A stretch of 64,000 nt of DNA from contig NC_043001.1 of the NCBI RefSeq assembly GCF_006345805.1, positions 65,782,001-65,846,000 of the forward strand. Direction: 5' to 3'. The DNA comes from Octopus sinensis. Its lineage: Eukaryota. Both the position numbers and the translations under genes were made by a program. The notes below the pieces were generated by a model. That model was not told the origin of the DNA, ran no database searches, and saw only the letters and a program-made list of their open reading frames with translations. Shown here one piece after another: positions 46,734 through 59,090 of the stretch; position 1 is the stretch's first letter, and each line of letters begins with the position of its first letter.

Positions 46734-49112
46734 CTATGTACAAAACACTAACATCTGTCCTGACGGAATATACCTATAGTTTTTTAACAGACAGCAGCAT
46801 ATTCCCTAATGAACAGAAAGGATGTAAACGTGGATCCTACGGCTGTAAAGACCAACTACTCATCAATAAGATGATCTTAGAAGATTGTCACAAACGACAC
46901 AAAAACTTATCAATAGCCTGGATAGACTATAAAAAGGCTTTTGATAGCCTACCACATAGCTGGATTAGGAAATGCCTGGAAATGTATAAGATAGCACCTA
47001 CTCTGCGAAACCTCCTGACTGTAAGTATGAGATCATGGAGAACCACACTAACTTTGAACAGTGACAATGAATCCCTAAATGCTGGTGATGTAAAAATTTC
47101 GTGTGGCATTTTCCAGGGTGACTCACTGTCACCACTCCTCTTTTGTTTATCCTTAATACCTCTCTCAAAGCTGCTCAATGACGCGCAGTACGGGTATAAA
47201 ATATTTGATAAAAATATAAATCATCTCATTTACATGGATGATTTAAAGCTTTTTGCAAAAAATGACCAACAACTCAAGGGCTTACTAGCGATAGTCAAAC
47301 AATTCAGTGACGACATCAGAATGCAATTCGGCCTCGATAAATGTGCAAAGGCTACCTTTATCAAAGGAAAAATAACAGAAACATCTAACGTTAACCTTGA
47401 CCAGCAGAATGTCATAAAAGAACTAGACCCAGCGGAGAGCTACAAGTACCTAGGGGTAATTGAAGGGAACGGAATAAGGCATTCAGAGATGAAGGAAAGG
47501 ATCAGGAGAGAATGCTATCGAAGAGTGAGAGCAATACTCAAGACAGAGCTGAATGCAAGAAACAGGATCGAAGCGACCAATGCATTAGCCATACCAGTCG
47601 TGACTTACAGTTTCAATATTGTTAACTGGTCAATTACTGAAATATGTCAGCTCGACAGAAAAATAAGGAAACTGTTGACAATGCATAGAATGCACCACCC
47701 TAAGGCAGATACAGAACGACTCTATCTGCCAAGAAAAGAGGGAGGCCGTGGTATTTTGCAACTGGCAATAACAATGAAGATTGCTACAATTGGCCTAGAC
47801 ACCTACCTGAAAAACTCTGAAGACTGGATGTTAAAACTTGTCTCAAAACATGAAAACAAGAAAGCGTCATACTCAGTCACAAAACAGGCAAAGGAATATC
47901 AAAGTGAATTCCGAATACAACCAATTTCGGAATTAGAGATAGATATACAAGAAACAAGCACAGAAAAAGCTAGGCCCATGAAAACCCGTGCCAAAACTGC
48001 GGCCTTAGATATTCTGAATAATAAATGGCAAGAAAAACCTCTCTATGGCAAATATCCAAAGAGAGTGAATAATGCAGATATCGACAAAGCCCTGACCCAT
48101 CAATGGCTAATGGCCTCTGGCTTAAAATCTGAAACAGAGGGGTTTATCATAGCAGCTCAAGATCAATGCCTACCAACAAGAAACTACCAGGCCAACATAT
48201 TAAAGAACGGCAGTAGCCCAACATGTCGTGTATGCCGACAACAAAATGAAACCATTGACCATGTTGTCTCCAAATGCAGTCTTCTAGCGCCTACAGAGTA
48301 CCTCAGTAGGCATGATAGAGCTGCACAATATATTCACTGGGTAATCTGCAAAAACCTGGATTTGCCCCATGAAAAAAACTGGTGGGAACACAATCCACCT
48401 CCTGTGCTTGAAAATGACCACATCTCACTCCTCTGGAACTTCACCATTCAAACTGACAGGAAGATAGATGCAAATAGGCCAGACATTATATTGAAAGACT
48501 TCAGACAAAGAACATGCCTCCTCATTGATATGACTGTCCCAATCGATATAAACGTATCTGTCAAGACCTACCAAAAACTGAGCAAATATAAAGATCTTGA
48601 AATAGAAATCAGCAAAATGTGGAAGCTGAAGACTAAAACAATACCTGTTGTCATAGGTGCCCTGGGAATGATAGCGAAAGGGACTGATTGCTACCTAACT
48701 CAGATACCAGGAAACCCCAAAATGGCAGAAATTCAAAAGATAGTGCTCATGGGAACTGCTCATATCCTACGCAAAATACTCTCTATGTAATCCCAAGGTT
48801 TAAAACAAACTTTTTTTTTAAAGTTATTTTTATTTATTTTTTTATTTATTTTTTATTTTTATGTATTAGACATTCACTAGTACAACACCAAAAAAAAAAC
48901 CCCCAAATATATGGCACAGAACTTCCAACCTGTTGTCTCTTGAGGTCTCTGGGTGAGACTTGGAACCAACTTTAATAATAGAAATGAGCATGATATCACT
49001 AAGAAAAAACCCAAATATATGGCACAGAACTTCCAACCTGTTGTCTCTTGAGGTCTCTGGGTGAGACTTGGAACCAACTTGTACAGACATAAAGCAAAAG
49101 TCAAACATAGAA
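46733..49112 (+). mobile_element. 5'-truncated R4/Dong-type LINE (lineage C) with a duplicated 3' terminal segment
   Basis: Starts after (AAT)n and ends CAAACATAGAATG-(ATA)n; terminal ~70-bp segment repeated at about 48900-48972 and 49010-49081. Confidence 0.9.
46736..48790 (+). CDS. Uninterrupted RT, CCHC and RLE ORF (684 aa, 5'-truncated)
   Basis: DYKKAFDS, IFQGDSLSP, YMDD, CRVCRQQNETIDHVVSKC, RHD, RPDIIL..IDMTVP..KY. Confidence 0.92.
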   Translation: MYKTLTSVLTEYTYSFLTDSSIFPNEQKGCKRGSYGCKDQLLINKMILEDCHKRHKNLSIAWIDYKKAFDSLPHSWIRKCLEMYKIAPTLRNLLTVSMRSWRTTLTLNSDNESLNAGDVKISCGIFQGDSLSPLLFCLSLIPLSKLLNDAQYGYKIFDKNINHLIYMDDLKLFAKNDQQLKGLLAIVKQFSDDIRMQFGLDKCAKATFIKGKITETSNVNLDQQNVIKELDPAESYKYLGVIEGNGIRHSEMKERIRRECYRRVRAILKTELNARNRIEATNALAIPVVTYSFNIVNWSITEICQLDRKIRKLLTMHRMHHPKADTERLYLPRKEGGRGILQLAITMKIATIGLDTYLKNSEDWMLKLVSKHENKKASYSVTKQAKEYQSEFRIQPISELEIDIQETSTEKARPMKTRAKTAALDILNNKWQEKPLYGKYPKRVNNADIDKALTHQWLMASGLKSETEGFIIAAQDQCLPTRNYQANILKNGSSPTCRVCRQQNETIDHVVSKCSLLAPTEYLSRHDRAAQYIHWVICKNLDLPHEKNWWEHNPPPVLENDHISLLWNFTIQTDRKIDANRPDIILKDFRQRTCLLIDMTVPIDINVSVKTYQKLSKYKDLEIEISKMWKLKTKTIPVVIGALGMIAKGTDCYLTQIPGNPKMAEIQKIVLMGTAHILRKILSM

Positions 49113-49114
49113 TG

Positions 49115-49166
<52 letters not shown>

Positions 49167-49188
49167 TGATAATGATAATAATAATAAC

Positions 49189-49540
49189 AATGTATGATTG
49201 TATGAATGCATGACCCTATTTGGTATTGCATCGAATGTTGAGATATTGCTTATAAAAGTATGGCGAAGAGGAGGACAGAACTGACAGCATATCGAAGGAG
49301 TTTAGGGATAATAGAAATCAGAACTGGCATCTTCCAAGGGGACTGCTTGTCTCCACTGATCTTTCTAATGAGCATGATATCACTAACACTAATTCTGAAG
49401 AAAGCAAAGGCTGGGTATGTATTCAAAAGCCGCAAACAAAAAGTCAACCTCTTGTTATTCATGGATAACCTGAAACGTTATAGTAAAGACCATTCCCTTG
49501 TTGATACGGTGTGTACTTTCAGTGCTGATATCGGACTGAA
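49189..49540 (+). mobile_element. Dong-type RT fragment of another lineage (fragment F)
   Basis: RTGIFQGDCLSPLIF...VNLLLFMDNLK. Confidence 0.8.
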
Positions 49541-49604
49541 AACTGTGGTTCTACTTCATTTAAATTACTTACATTCGACGGATATTTGTCCTCATTTGTT
49601 TGTT

Positions 49605-49660
49605 GATAACATAACGTTTCGGCTGATATACAATTCGGCCTTCATCAGGTGTCTTGGGGA
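49605..49660 (-). ncRNA. Minimal type-I hammerhead-ribozyme-like motif (Penelope-type)
   Basis: Minus strand: AGACAC-CTGATGA-AGGC-(14 nt)-GCC-GAAAC-GTT-ATGT; intact core, 3-bp stem II, palindromic ACGT stem III. Confidence 0.55.
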
Positions 49661-49700
49661 AATTTCAAATCTGCGTTCTCATTCCAAAAGCATTTTTCGA

Positions 49701-49740
<40 letters not shown>

Positions 49741-49743
<3 letters not shown>

Positions 49744-50710
49744 TAGTTTTATTTTTATAGCGTGCTTTCACTTCACTACCGAGCGCAGCTCTGTGTGCCT
49801 TGGGTATGTGCTGTGATTTGTTGTGATGCTCTGATGGTTATTGTTTGGAAAGTGTTCTGCGTAGGATGCGTGCAGTGCCTAGTAGTGCAATTTTCTGTAT
49901 GTTATATGTGTTTGTAAGTCCTGGTGTTTTTGTTATGTATTTGTCTGAATATTTTTTTATCATGCCTAATGCACCTACTATGATAGGATTTGTTTCTGTT
50001 TGCAGATTCCACATTCTAGTTACCTCTATTTCCAGGTCTTTGTATTTTGAGAGTTTCTCCATTTCTTTTAGAGACACGTTGTCATCTGCCGGTATTGATA
50101 CATCAATTAGAAAGCATTTTTTTTTCTTCATGATCTCTGACAACTATATCTGGTCTGTTGGCCTTAATTTCTCTATCTGTGTGTATAGGCATATCCCAAA
50201 GTATGGTCTGTGTCCTTTTCTGGTGTGTGCCTATACCATCTTTTTTCTGTTGTTATTCCATAATGTTGGCATAGCTTCCAGTGTATGTAGGTTCCAACTC
50301 TGTCATGTCTGTGAATATATTCCTTCTTAGCCAGGACTGGGCAGCCAGAGATAATATGATTTATTGTTTCTTGTGTATCTCCACATATTCTGCAGTTACT
50401 TGTTATATTTCTTTTCATTAGATGTTTTTGGTAATTTCTGGTGGGGAGGCTTTGGTCTTGTGCTGCAATTAAAAATCCCTCTGTCTCTGCTTTGAGTCCT
50501 GAGCTTCTCAACCATTGCTGGGATGTTTCTTTGTCTATTTCTTTTGCATTTAGTTTAGTCCAGTATTTACCATGAATGGGCTTTTCTTGCCATCGTTTTA
50601 TCATGGTTCTTTGCTATTCTAGTTTTAGTTTGGATTTCATTTGTTTTATAGCTTTTGTTGTTTCTTCTTCTTCTTCTTCTTCTTCTTCTTCTTCTTCTTC
50701 TTCTTTTTCT

Positions 50711-50742
<32 letters not shown>

Positions 50743-51157
50743 TTCTTCTTCTTCTTCTTCTTCTTCTTCTTCTTCTTCTTCTTCATATTTGTTAGGTGGT
50801 ATGATTTCTTGTTTGTAGTTGTCAGCTTCCTTAAATACTGAGAATAGTTTTTTGTTTTGCTCGTGTTTTGCCGCTATTTGTATCAGTTTTTCTTCCTTCT
50901 GAAGTAGATATTTTTGCAGTCCTATGGTGGTTATTTTATAGTTGTTTTCCAGCTGTATAAGGCCTCTACCACCTTCTATACGTTATATATATAGTCTTTC
51001 TATGTCAGATTTTGGGTGATGCATCCTAGATCCTGTCATTATCTTTCTTGTTTTCCTATCTATTTTGGTCAGTTCATTTAGTGTCCAGTTAAGGATATTG
51101 TAGCTGTAACTTATAACTGGGACAGCTAAAGTGTTAATACCTATTATCTTGTTTTTA
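49741..51157 (-). mobile_element. 5'-truncated Dong lineage A copy with an expanded (GAA)n in its poly-Glu stretch
   Basis: Near-identical to 24400-25725; flanked by (TAA)n. Confidence 0.92.
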
Positions 51158-51159
51158 TG

Positions 51160-51242
<83 letters not shown>

Positions 51243-51244
<2 letters not shown>

Positions 51245-51548
51245 TATGTTTGACTTTTGCTTTATGTCTGTACAAGTTGGCTCCAAGTCTCACCCAGAGA
51301 CCTCAAGAGACAACAGGTTGGCAGTTCTGTGCCATATATTTGGGTTTTTTCTTAGTGATATCATGCTCATTAGAAAGATCAGTGGAGACAAGCAGTCCCC
51401 TTGGAAGATGCCAGTTCTGATTTCTATTATCCCTAAACTCCTTCCATATGCTGTCAGTTCTATCCTCCTCTTCGCCATACTTTTATAAGCAATATCTCAA
51501 CATTCGATGCAATACCAAATAGGGTCATGCATTCATACAATCATACAT
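51243..51548 (-). mobile_element. Chimeric short element: about 200 bp of fragment F fused to the lineage C 3' tail
   Basis: Junction ...GCATGATATCACTAA|GAAAAAACCCAAATATATGG...; flanked by (TAA)n. Confidence 0.8.
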
Positions 51549-51571
51549 TGTTATTATTATTATCATTATCA

Positions 51572-51605
<34 letters not shown>

Positions 51606-52210
51606 CATTCTATGTTTGACTTTTGCTTTATGTCTGTACAAGTTGGTTCCAAGTCTCACCCAGAGACCTCAAGAGACAACAGGTTGGAAGTTCTGTGCCA
51701 TATATTTGGGTTTTTTTTTGTTGGTGTTGTACTAGTGAATGTCTAATACATAAAAATAAAATTAAAAATAAAATAAAATAAAATAAAATAAAATAAAATA
51801 AATAAATAAAAAAGTTTAAGTATGCTTGTGCAGTGCTAGATTTATCTGTGGGGAAATATATGGCATGGTAGAAGGCCTCAAGAACTTCTTTATTATCTTC
51901 CCTAGACCATTTTTCCTTCTTTTTCTTTTGATTATTAGGTGATGAGCATGGATGGCCATCTGTTGGAATATTCCGGTTGTGGGGTACGTCCAGCTCCTGT
52001 GTGTTGGGAAGATTTGATCCAGTAGCTGATTTTTCAATCAGAATTTGGTTCAATTTTCGGGTACGTGGTCTTTTGTAATCCGCGCAACAACCAATGCGGT
52101 TTATTGTTTGATTTGTTGGCCTTGAAGCATGACGAGCTTCCATTCTTATATTAGGAGATGGATCTGTCAGTTTAGGGTTCACTACATGTAAGCATTGCTC
52201 ATAGCGCCGC
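51606..52210 (-). mobile_element. Deletion derivative of Dong: 5' region joined to the lineage C 3' UTR
   Basis: KKEKWSREDNKEVLEAFYHAIYFP (homologous to the RHK[W]TREEYISIL N-terminal motif), then the 3' UTR of 48800-49112. Confidence 0.75.
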
Positions 52211-52228
52211 TTCTTCTTCTTCTTCTTC

Positions 52229-52307
<79 letters not shown>

Positions 52308-52363
52308 CATTATTATTATTATTATTATCATCATCATTATTATTATTGTTGTTGTTATTATTA

Positions 52364-54505
52364 TTCAGTAGTTTTATTTTTTTGTCGTGCTTCCACTTCA
52401 CTACCGAGCACAGCTCTGTGTGCCTTGGGTATGTGCTGTGATTTGTTGTGATGTTCTGATGGTTACTGTATTGAAAGTGTTTTGCGTAGGATGAGTGCAG
52501 TGCCCAGTAGTGCAATTTTCTGTATGTTATTTGTGTTTGTAAGTCCTGGTGTTTTTGTTATGTATTTGTCTGAATGTTTTTTTTTTATCATACCTAATGT
52601 GCCAAATATGATAGGAATTGTTTCTGTTTTTAGATTCCACATTCGAGTTACTTCTATTTCCAGATTTTTGTATTTTGAATGTTTCTCCATTTCTTTTAGA
52701 GAAACGTTGTTATCTGCTGGTATTGATACATCAATTAGGAAGTTTTCTTCATGATCTCTGACAACTATATCTGGCCTATTGGTCTTAATTTCTCTATCTG
52801 TGTGTATAGGCATATCCCAAAGTATCGTTGTTTTCTCGTTTTCTGTGACCTTTTCTGGCGTGTGCCTATACCATCTTTTTTCTGTTGTTATTCCATAATG
52901 TTGACATAGCTTCCAGTGTATGTAGGTCCCAACTCTGTCCTGTCTGTGAATATATTCCTTCTTAGCCAGGACTGGGCAGCCAGAGATAATATGATTTATT
53001 GCTTCTTGTCCATCTCCACATATTCTTCAGTTACTTGTTATGTTTCTTTTCATTATATGCTTTTGGTAGTTTCTGGTTTGAGTCCTGAGCTTCTCAACCA
53101 TTGCTGGAATTTTTCTCTGTATATTTCTTTTGCATTTAGTTTAGTCCAGTATTTATCATGAAGGGGTTTTTCTTGCCATCGTTTTATTATGGTCCGTTGC
53201 TGTTCTAGCTTTAGTTTGGTTTCCAATTGTTTTATAGCTTTTATTGTTTCTTCATCTTCTTATTTTTGCAGTCCTATGGTGGTTATTTTACAATAGTTTT
53301 CCAGCTGTATAAGGCCTCTACCACCTTGTATACGTTGTATATACAGCCTTTCTATGTTAGATGTTGGGTTGTGCATCCTAGATCCTGTCATTATTTTTCT
53401 TGTTTTCCTGTCTGTTTTGGTTAGTTCCTTTAGTGTCCAGTTAAGGACATTGTAGCTGTAACTTATAACTGGGACGGCTAAAGTGTTAATACCTATTATT
53501 TTATTTTTAGCATTTAGCTCTGTTTTTTGTATTGATCTAACTCGTCTATAGTATTCTTTCTTTATTTTCTCTTTCATTTGTGTATGTTGTATCATATCTA
53601 GTTCATGGATTCCTAAATATTTGTATGTTTGGCTTTTGTCTAATTCTCTTATTTCATTGGCTTTATCTAGTGTGATGTTGTTACTAGTTTTCCTCTTTTC
53701 AGGTTTGCATTGGCGCATTTTTCTAATCTAAATTTCATATCTATTTCTCTGGTAAATCCATGTACTGTCTGTAGTAGTGTTTCCAGTTGTTTATCATTTG
53801 TAGCGTATAGTTTTAGGTCATCCATATATAAAAGGATGGCTGATTGTTTTGCCGTAACATTCGTATCCGCATCCAGTCCTATTTAACATATCAGATAGAG
53901 GTGTCGGTGCCAAGCAGAAAAGGAGTGGAGAGAGCTCGTTTCCTTGGAATATTCCCCTTCTAATGGGGATGGCTTTGGTTTTCTCGAGCCCCTATTTGGA
54001 GCTGTAGCACTGTCTACCATTTATTCATAGAGTGTCTTATGTATTTTATAATTATTGGTGCTACCTTGTTAATGGCTAGTGTTCCGAAGATCCACGTGTG
54101 GGTAACACTATCAAAAGCCTATTCGATAGTCGATCCAAGCCATACTGAGGCCTTCTTTCCGCGGCTGTCTTCAGTTATGACTTTATTGATCATTAGTTGA
54201 TCTTTACAGCCATATGAGCCCTTGGAACATCCCTTCTGCTCTTCTGGAAATAGGTTGTTTTCTTTCAGATGCTTGCTCAATCCTTGTGATATTATTGCAG
54301 TAAAGGATTTGTACATTGTAGGGAGACATGTTATAGGTTTGTAGTTTTGTCGTTTTGTCGTTTCATTGGATTTGGGAGTTAATATAATTTTCCCTTTCGT
54401 GAGCCATTCAGGCATTGTCTCTGGCTCTGCTAGTATGTCGTTAAAGTTTCCAGCCAAAGTTTGTGTATTCCTGTCAGATATTTTAACCAGAAGTTGGAGA
54501 TCTTG
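52364..54505 (-). mobile_element. 5'-truncated degenerate Dong (lineage A-like)
   Basis: ORFs 54119..54457, 53260..53718 and 52463..52813; lineage A 3' UTR. Confidence 0.9.
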
Positions 54506-54509
54506 TTTA

Positions 54510-54556
<47 letters not shown>

Positions 54557-54563
54557 TATTATT

Positions 54564-54637
<74 letters not shown>

Positions 54638-54639
54638 TA

Positions 54640-56020
54640 TTCAGTAGTCTTATTTTTATCACGTGCTTTCACTGCACTACCGAGCACAGCTCTGTACATT
54701 GGGTATGTGCTGTTGTTTGCTGTGGTGCTCTTCTTTTCGCTTTATTGAAAGTGTTTTACGTAGGATGTTTCTAGTGACTAGTACTGCTATTTTCTGTATG
54801 TTATATATACTTTGTAAGTCCCCATGTTTTTGTTTTGTATTTGTCTGAATGTTTTTTTATACCTAACGCGTCTACTATAAGAGGAATTGTTTTTGTTTTT
54901 AGGTTCCATATTCGAGTCACCTCTAGTTATAGATCTTTGTATTTTGGAAGCGTCTCCGTTTCTTTTAGAGAAACACTGTCATCTGTTGGTATTGATACAA
55001 CTATTAAAAAGCATTTTTCTTGGATATCTCTGACAATCATATCCGGCCTATTAACATCGAGTTCTTTGTCTGTGTATTGGCATATCCCAAAGTATTTTCT
55101 GTGACTTTTTCTGGGTTGTGCCTATACTATCTTTTTCCTGTTATTATTCCTTCGTGTTGGCATAGTTTCCAGTATATATATGTCCCAACTCTGTCGTGTC
55201 TGTGAATATATTCCTCCGTAGCCGGAACTTGGTAGCCAGAGACAATATGATTTATTTTTTGTTCTCCATCTCCATATATTCTGCAGTTAATTGTATTTCT
55301 TTTAATGATGCGTTTTTGGTGATTTCTGTTGGGAAGTCTTGTGCTGCAATTAAAAATCCTCAAGTCTCTGCTTTGAGTCGTGAGCCATTGTTGGGATTTT
55401 GTTTTGTCTTGTCTATTTCTTTTCTGTTTAGCTTAACCCAACATTTGCCATGTAACGGGTTTACTTGCCATCGTTTTATCATGATACGTTGCTGTTCCAA
55501 TTTTAGTTTGGATTTCAGTCTTAAGTACTCTATTTCTATTTCTGGGGGAGGGAGTTACGTTTTGAGAATATATCTCAGTATGTTAGCTAATTTATTAGGA
55601 TTCATTGCTATATCCAAATTTTTATTAATAGTTTATTTCTCTTCCCGATTTTATATGCATGTGTTGTGTTTTCGTTCTGTGGAATAATAATTATCGGAGC
55701 ACTGGAATTGAAATATATTCCGCACGTGTCCATTTATGCTTTTTTTATTTTATTTACGGGACGTGCAGAATAACGCCCGGCCCTTTATTCTAATGGATAT
55801 CATTTTCGTACGGTTCTGGTCCGTTCATTTCTGGTATTAAATGGTTTTGCACGTGTTGTTTTTTCGTACTTTTGTGTACGTACGTATTTCCTGTTTGTTA
55901 TCCTTAGGTGGAATAATGCGGGTATTATTTAATTTGTTTTTCATGTTTTTGTGTATAGTGGTCGGGGTCGGAGACGGTCTGATGTTGATTTGAACCGTAA
56001 TGTGGCAAGCGTGCTAACAC
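54640..56020 (-). mobile_element. Internally deleted, diverged Dong lineage A-like copy (5' region plus 3' region)
   Basis: 55690-56020 aligns with 21920-22260 (KHKWTRAEYISI); 54640-55540 aligns with the endonuclease and 3' UTR. Confidence 0.8.
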
Positions 56021-56069
56021 ATGTTGCATTATTATTATTATTATTTATTATTATTATTATTATTATTAT

Positions 56070-56266
56070 TCAGTAGTTTTATTTTTATAGCGTGCTTTCA
56101 CTTCACTACTGAGCGCAGCTCTGTGTGCCTTGGGTATGTGCTGTGATTTGTTGTGATGCTCTGATGGTTATTGTATGGAAAGTGTTCTGCGTAGGATGTG
56201 TGCAGTGCCTAGTAGTGCAATTTTCTGTATGTTATATGTGTTTGTAAGTCCTGGTGTTTATTATTA

Positions 56267-56307
<41 letters not shown>

Positions 56308-56516
56308 ATTATTATTATTATTATTATTCAGTAGTTTTATTTTTATAGCGTGCTTTCACTTCACTACTGAGCGCAGCTCTGTGTGCCTTGGGTATGTGCT
56401 GTGATTTGTTGTGATGCTCTGATGGTTATTGTATGGAAAGTGTTCTGCGTAGGATGTGTGCAGTGCCTAGTAGTGCAATTTTCTGTATGTTATATGTGTT
56501 TGTAAGTCCTGGTGTT
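56070..56516 (-). repeat. Two identical ~190-bp Dong 3'-tail copies (56070-56258 and 56328-56516) separated by (TTA)n
   Basis: Same truncation point (..GTCCTGGTGTTT|ATTATT). Confidence 0.9.
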
Positions 56517-56539
56517 TATTATTATTATTATTATTATTA

Positions 56540-56573
<34 letters not shown>

Positions 56574-56744
56574 TATTGTCTTTACACAGCTTCTAACACT
56601 GGAGATGTACTACGGTGCCAGCTGTTCTATACCAGTGAACTAAGGAAACACCCCTTATTTTTAGAGCATCATCCGGTGTATTCGAGCGGTTCTGTTTTCT
56701 GCAAGTGCTCCACTCTTATTGCAGCTCATACTTGTTCAATGTTA

Positions 56745-57040
56745 TTGTAGGTGCCCTTGGTATGATAAAAAAAAAGGATGTCAGAAACATCTAGATAAAA
56801 TCCCAGGAGAACCGTGTCTCAGAGAAATCCAAAAGATTGTGCTGACAAGTACTGCCTATATCCTTAGAAAAACTCTATCCATTTAAAAGTCTGTGTTGTA
56901 TTACATGAAGATATTTTGCTACCTCCCGTTCCAAAGTTTTCAGTCATATTGTAACATCTCTTACCCTTCACTTGCCCCAGGACGCTGGGTGTGTCTCGGA
57001 AAGAGAGCGTAACAAACATGCAGATTAAAAGTAAAAATAA
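56745..57040 (+). mobile_element. 3' end of Dong lineage B
   Basis: Near-identical to 5285-5575. Confidence 0.85.
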
Positions 57041-57049
57041 TAATTATAA

Positions 57050-59090
57050 TTAGCTAAAGAAATTTAGTAATTTACATGGGAAGTTGAGGGAACAACTTTT
57101 GGATTGCCTTAATAGAGGAATAATTCCAGAATGGATGGCTAGAGGGAGGACAATACTCATGAAAGATAAGAGCAACTATGAATCAATCACTTGCTTACCA
57201 TTAGTGTGGAAGCTGTTAACAGGAATGCTTTCCGAAAGCATTTACGAACACCTTGACAACCAGAATTTACTGCCAGAACGAAATGTTGCAGGAAGAAGGC
57301 TAGAAAAATGAATGATCTATTATACGTAGACAAAGCAGTTCTAAATGAAGTAAAAGCTAAAAAGAAAAAATCTAGCTATAGCATGGATCAGTGAATTTTT
57401 GAGTATATTCAGTATAGCAGAGAATGTATTATCTTTAGCATGAAAAAAGGGAAAGTAGATCTCTACTCATGTGACACCCTCTTAGGGAAAGTTAATATCA
57501 AAAGAGGAATTTTCCAGGGGGACTCGTTGTCTCCTTAAATATTTGTCTTATGTTTCATCTCCTTCAGTTTAGTATTAAGGAACGCAAAGGCTGGATATCA
57601 GTAAGGAAAATATTTACGATTTGCTCTACATGGATGATCTGAAGCTTTTTAGTAAGAATGAAAAAGAGATAGATTCCTTAATACAGACCGTAAGACTATC
57701 CAGCAGAGATATAGGCATGACATTTGACATAGATAAGTGTGCTATATTAGTCATGAGAAAGAGACAGGTTGTCAACAGCGAAGGCATCCAATTACCAGGT
57801 GGCCAGACATTAAAATCATTGAAAGGAGGAGAGAGTTATAAGTATCAAGGAGTATTAGAATCTAATAGAGTACTAATTACAGAAATGAAAACGAAGATTG
57901 AGGAGTACATCAGAAAGGTGAGGAAGCTAACGAAGTCAAAACTGAATGGTCCGAATCCAGTGAAGGCTGTAAATTCTTGGACAGTATCATTACTTAGATA
58001 CTCAGCAGCTCTTGTAGAGTGGCCAAAAACTGAATTAGCAAAGCTAGACAGAAGAAGCAGGAAGGAACTGAATCTGAATGGAGGACTCCACCCAAGGGCA
58101 GGAGTAGCAAGATCATTCTTTCTTAGAAAGGAAAGCGGAAGAGGGTTGATATCAGTAGAAGATTGAGCGGGGTTAGCTACAGTAGATATAGACTCCTATG
58201 TAGTTAATAGTGAAGAAAGTTTATTCAAAGCTGCTAGTGTCACAGCATGACATAGGAAAACAAAAACCCAAACGAAGTTAAAAACCAGAAAAAAAAACAT
58301 AAATTACCTGACTGGCAGGAGAAGGCGTTACATGGTAGATTCTCAAACATAGTTGCAGCAAATAGTAGTGGTGAGACATGGCTATGGTTGCAGAAAGGAA
58401 AGCTGAAAAGGGAGGCAGAACGTTTGTTAGTAACTGCATAAGATCAAGTATTAAAGACTAATTGGATAAAAACCAAGATACAGAAAAACCAAGTAGATTC
58501 CCAATGTAGGTTATGCAAATCAAAAGAGGAAAGAGTTACTCATATAGTAAGTGAATGAAGCATGCTGACACAGAAAGAATACAAGACATGAAAACCTAGG
58601 GAGAGTAAACCCACTGGTAACTATGTAGAAAGCTAGGATTTCAACATGCTAATAAATGATCTGAACATGAACCTAATAAAATACCAGAAATAAGAAATAT
58701 AAGATGTGGGACTTTAACATTCAGACTGATAGAGCAATAGAAGCTAGAAGGCCTGATTTTGTAGCAGTAGATAAAAAGAATAAAGAGATAAAGAGAATAG
58801 AAAGTGCCAGATAATTGGCTTTACAGTCCCAAATGATGAAAGGATCAATATGAGAAGTATAAAAAAATATCTAAGTATCAGGGCCTAGCCATTGAATTAC
58901 AAATACTATGGAATGTGCTGGTAAAATGTATCCGAGTAGTTATAGGTGCATTAAGAACTATCCCTAAACATCTGAACGGATGGATAGAGGAAATAGGCGT
59001 AAAACCCAGTTTAATACAGCTGCAAAAAACGGTATTATTTGGGACAGCTAGGATACTTAGGAGTGTTCTTGACATCTAAAGTTACTTAAT
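57050..59090 (+). mobile_element. Degenerate Dong/R4-type LINE (lineage D)
   Basis: WMARGRT, YESITCLP, IFQGDSLSP-like, YMDDLKLF, GGRGL-like, RPDFV; many stops. Confidence 0.85.

Noticed and set aside
51628-52515. 295-aa minus-strand ORF as a novel gene
   Set aside because: Read-through of a Dong 3' end, (AAT)n, a Dong 5' region and a 3' UTR; a composite artefact.
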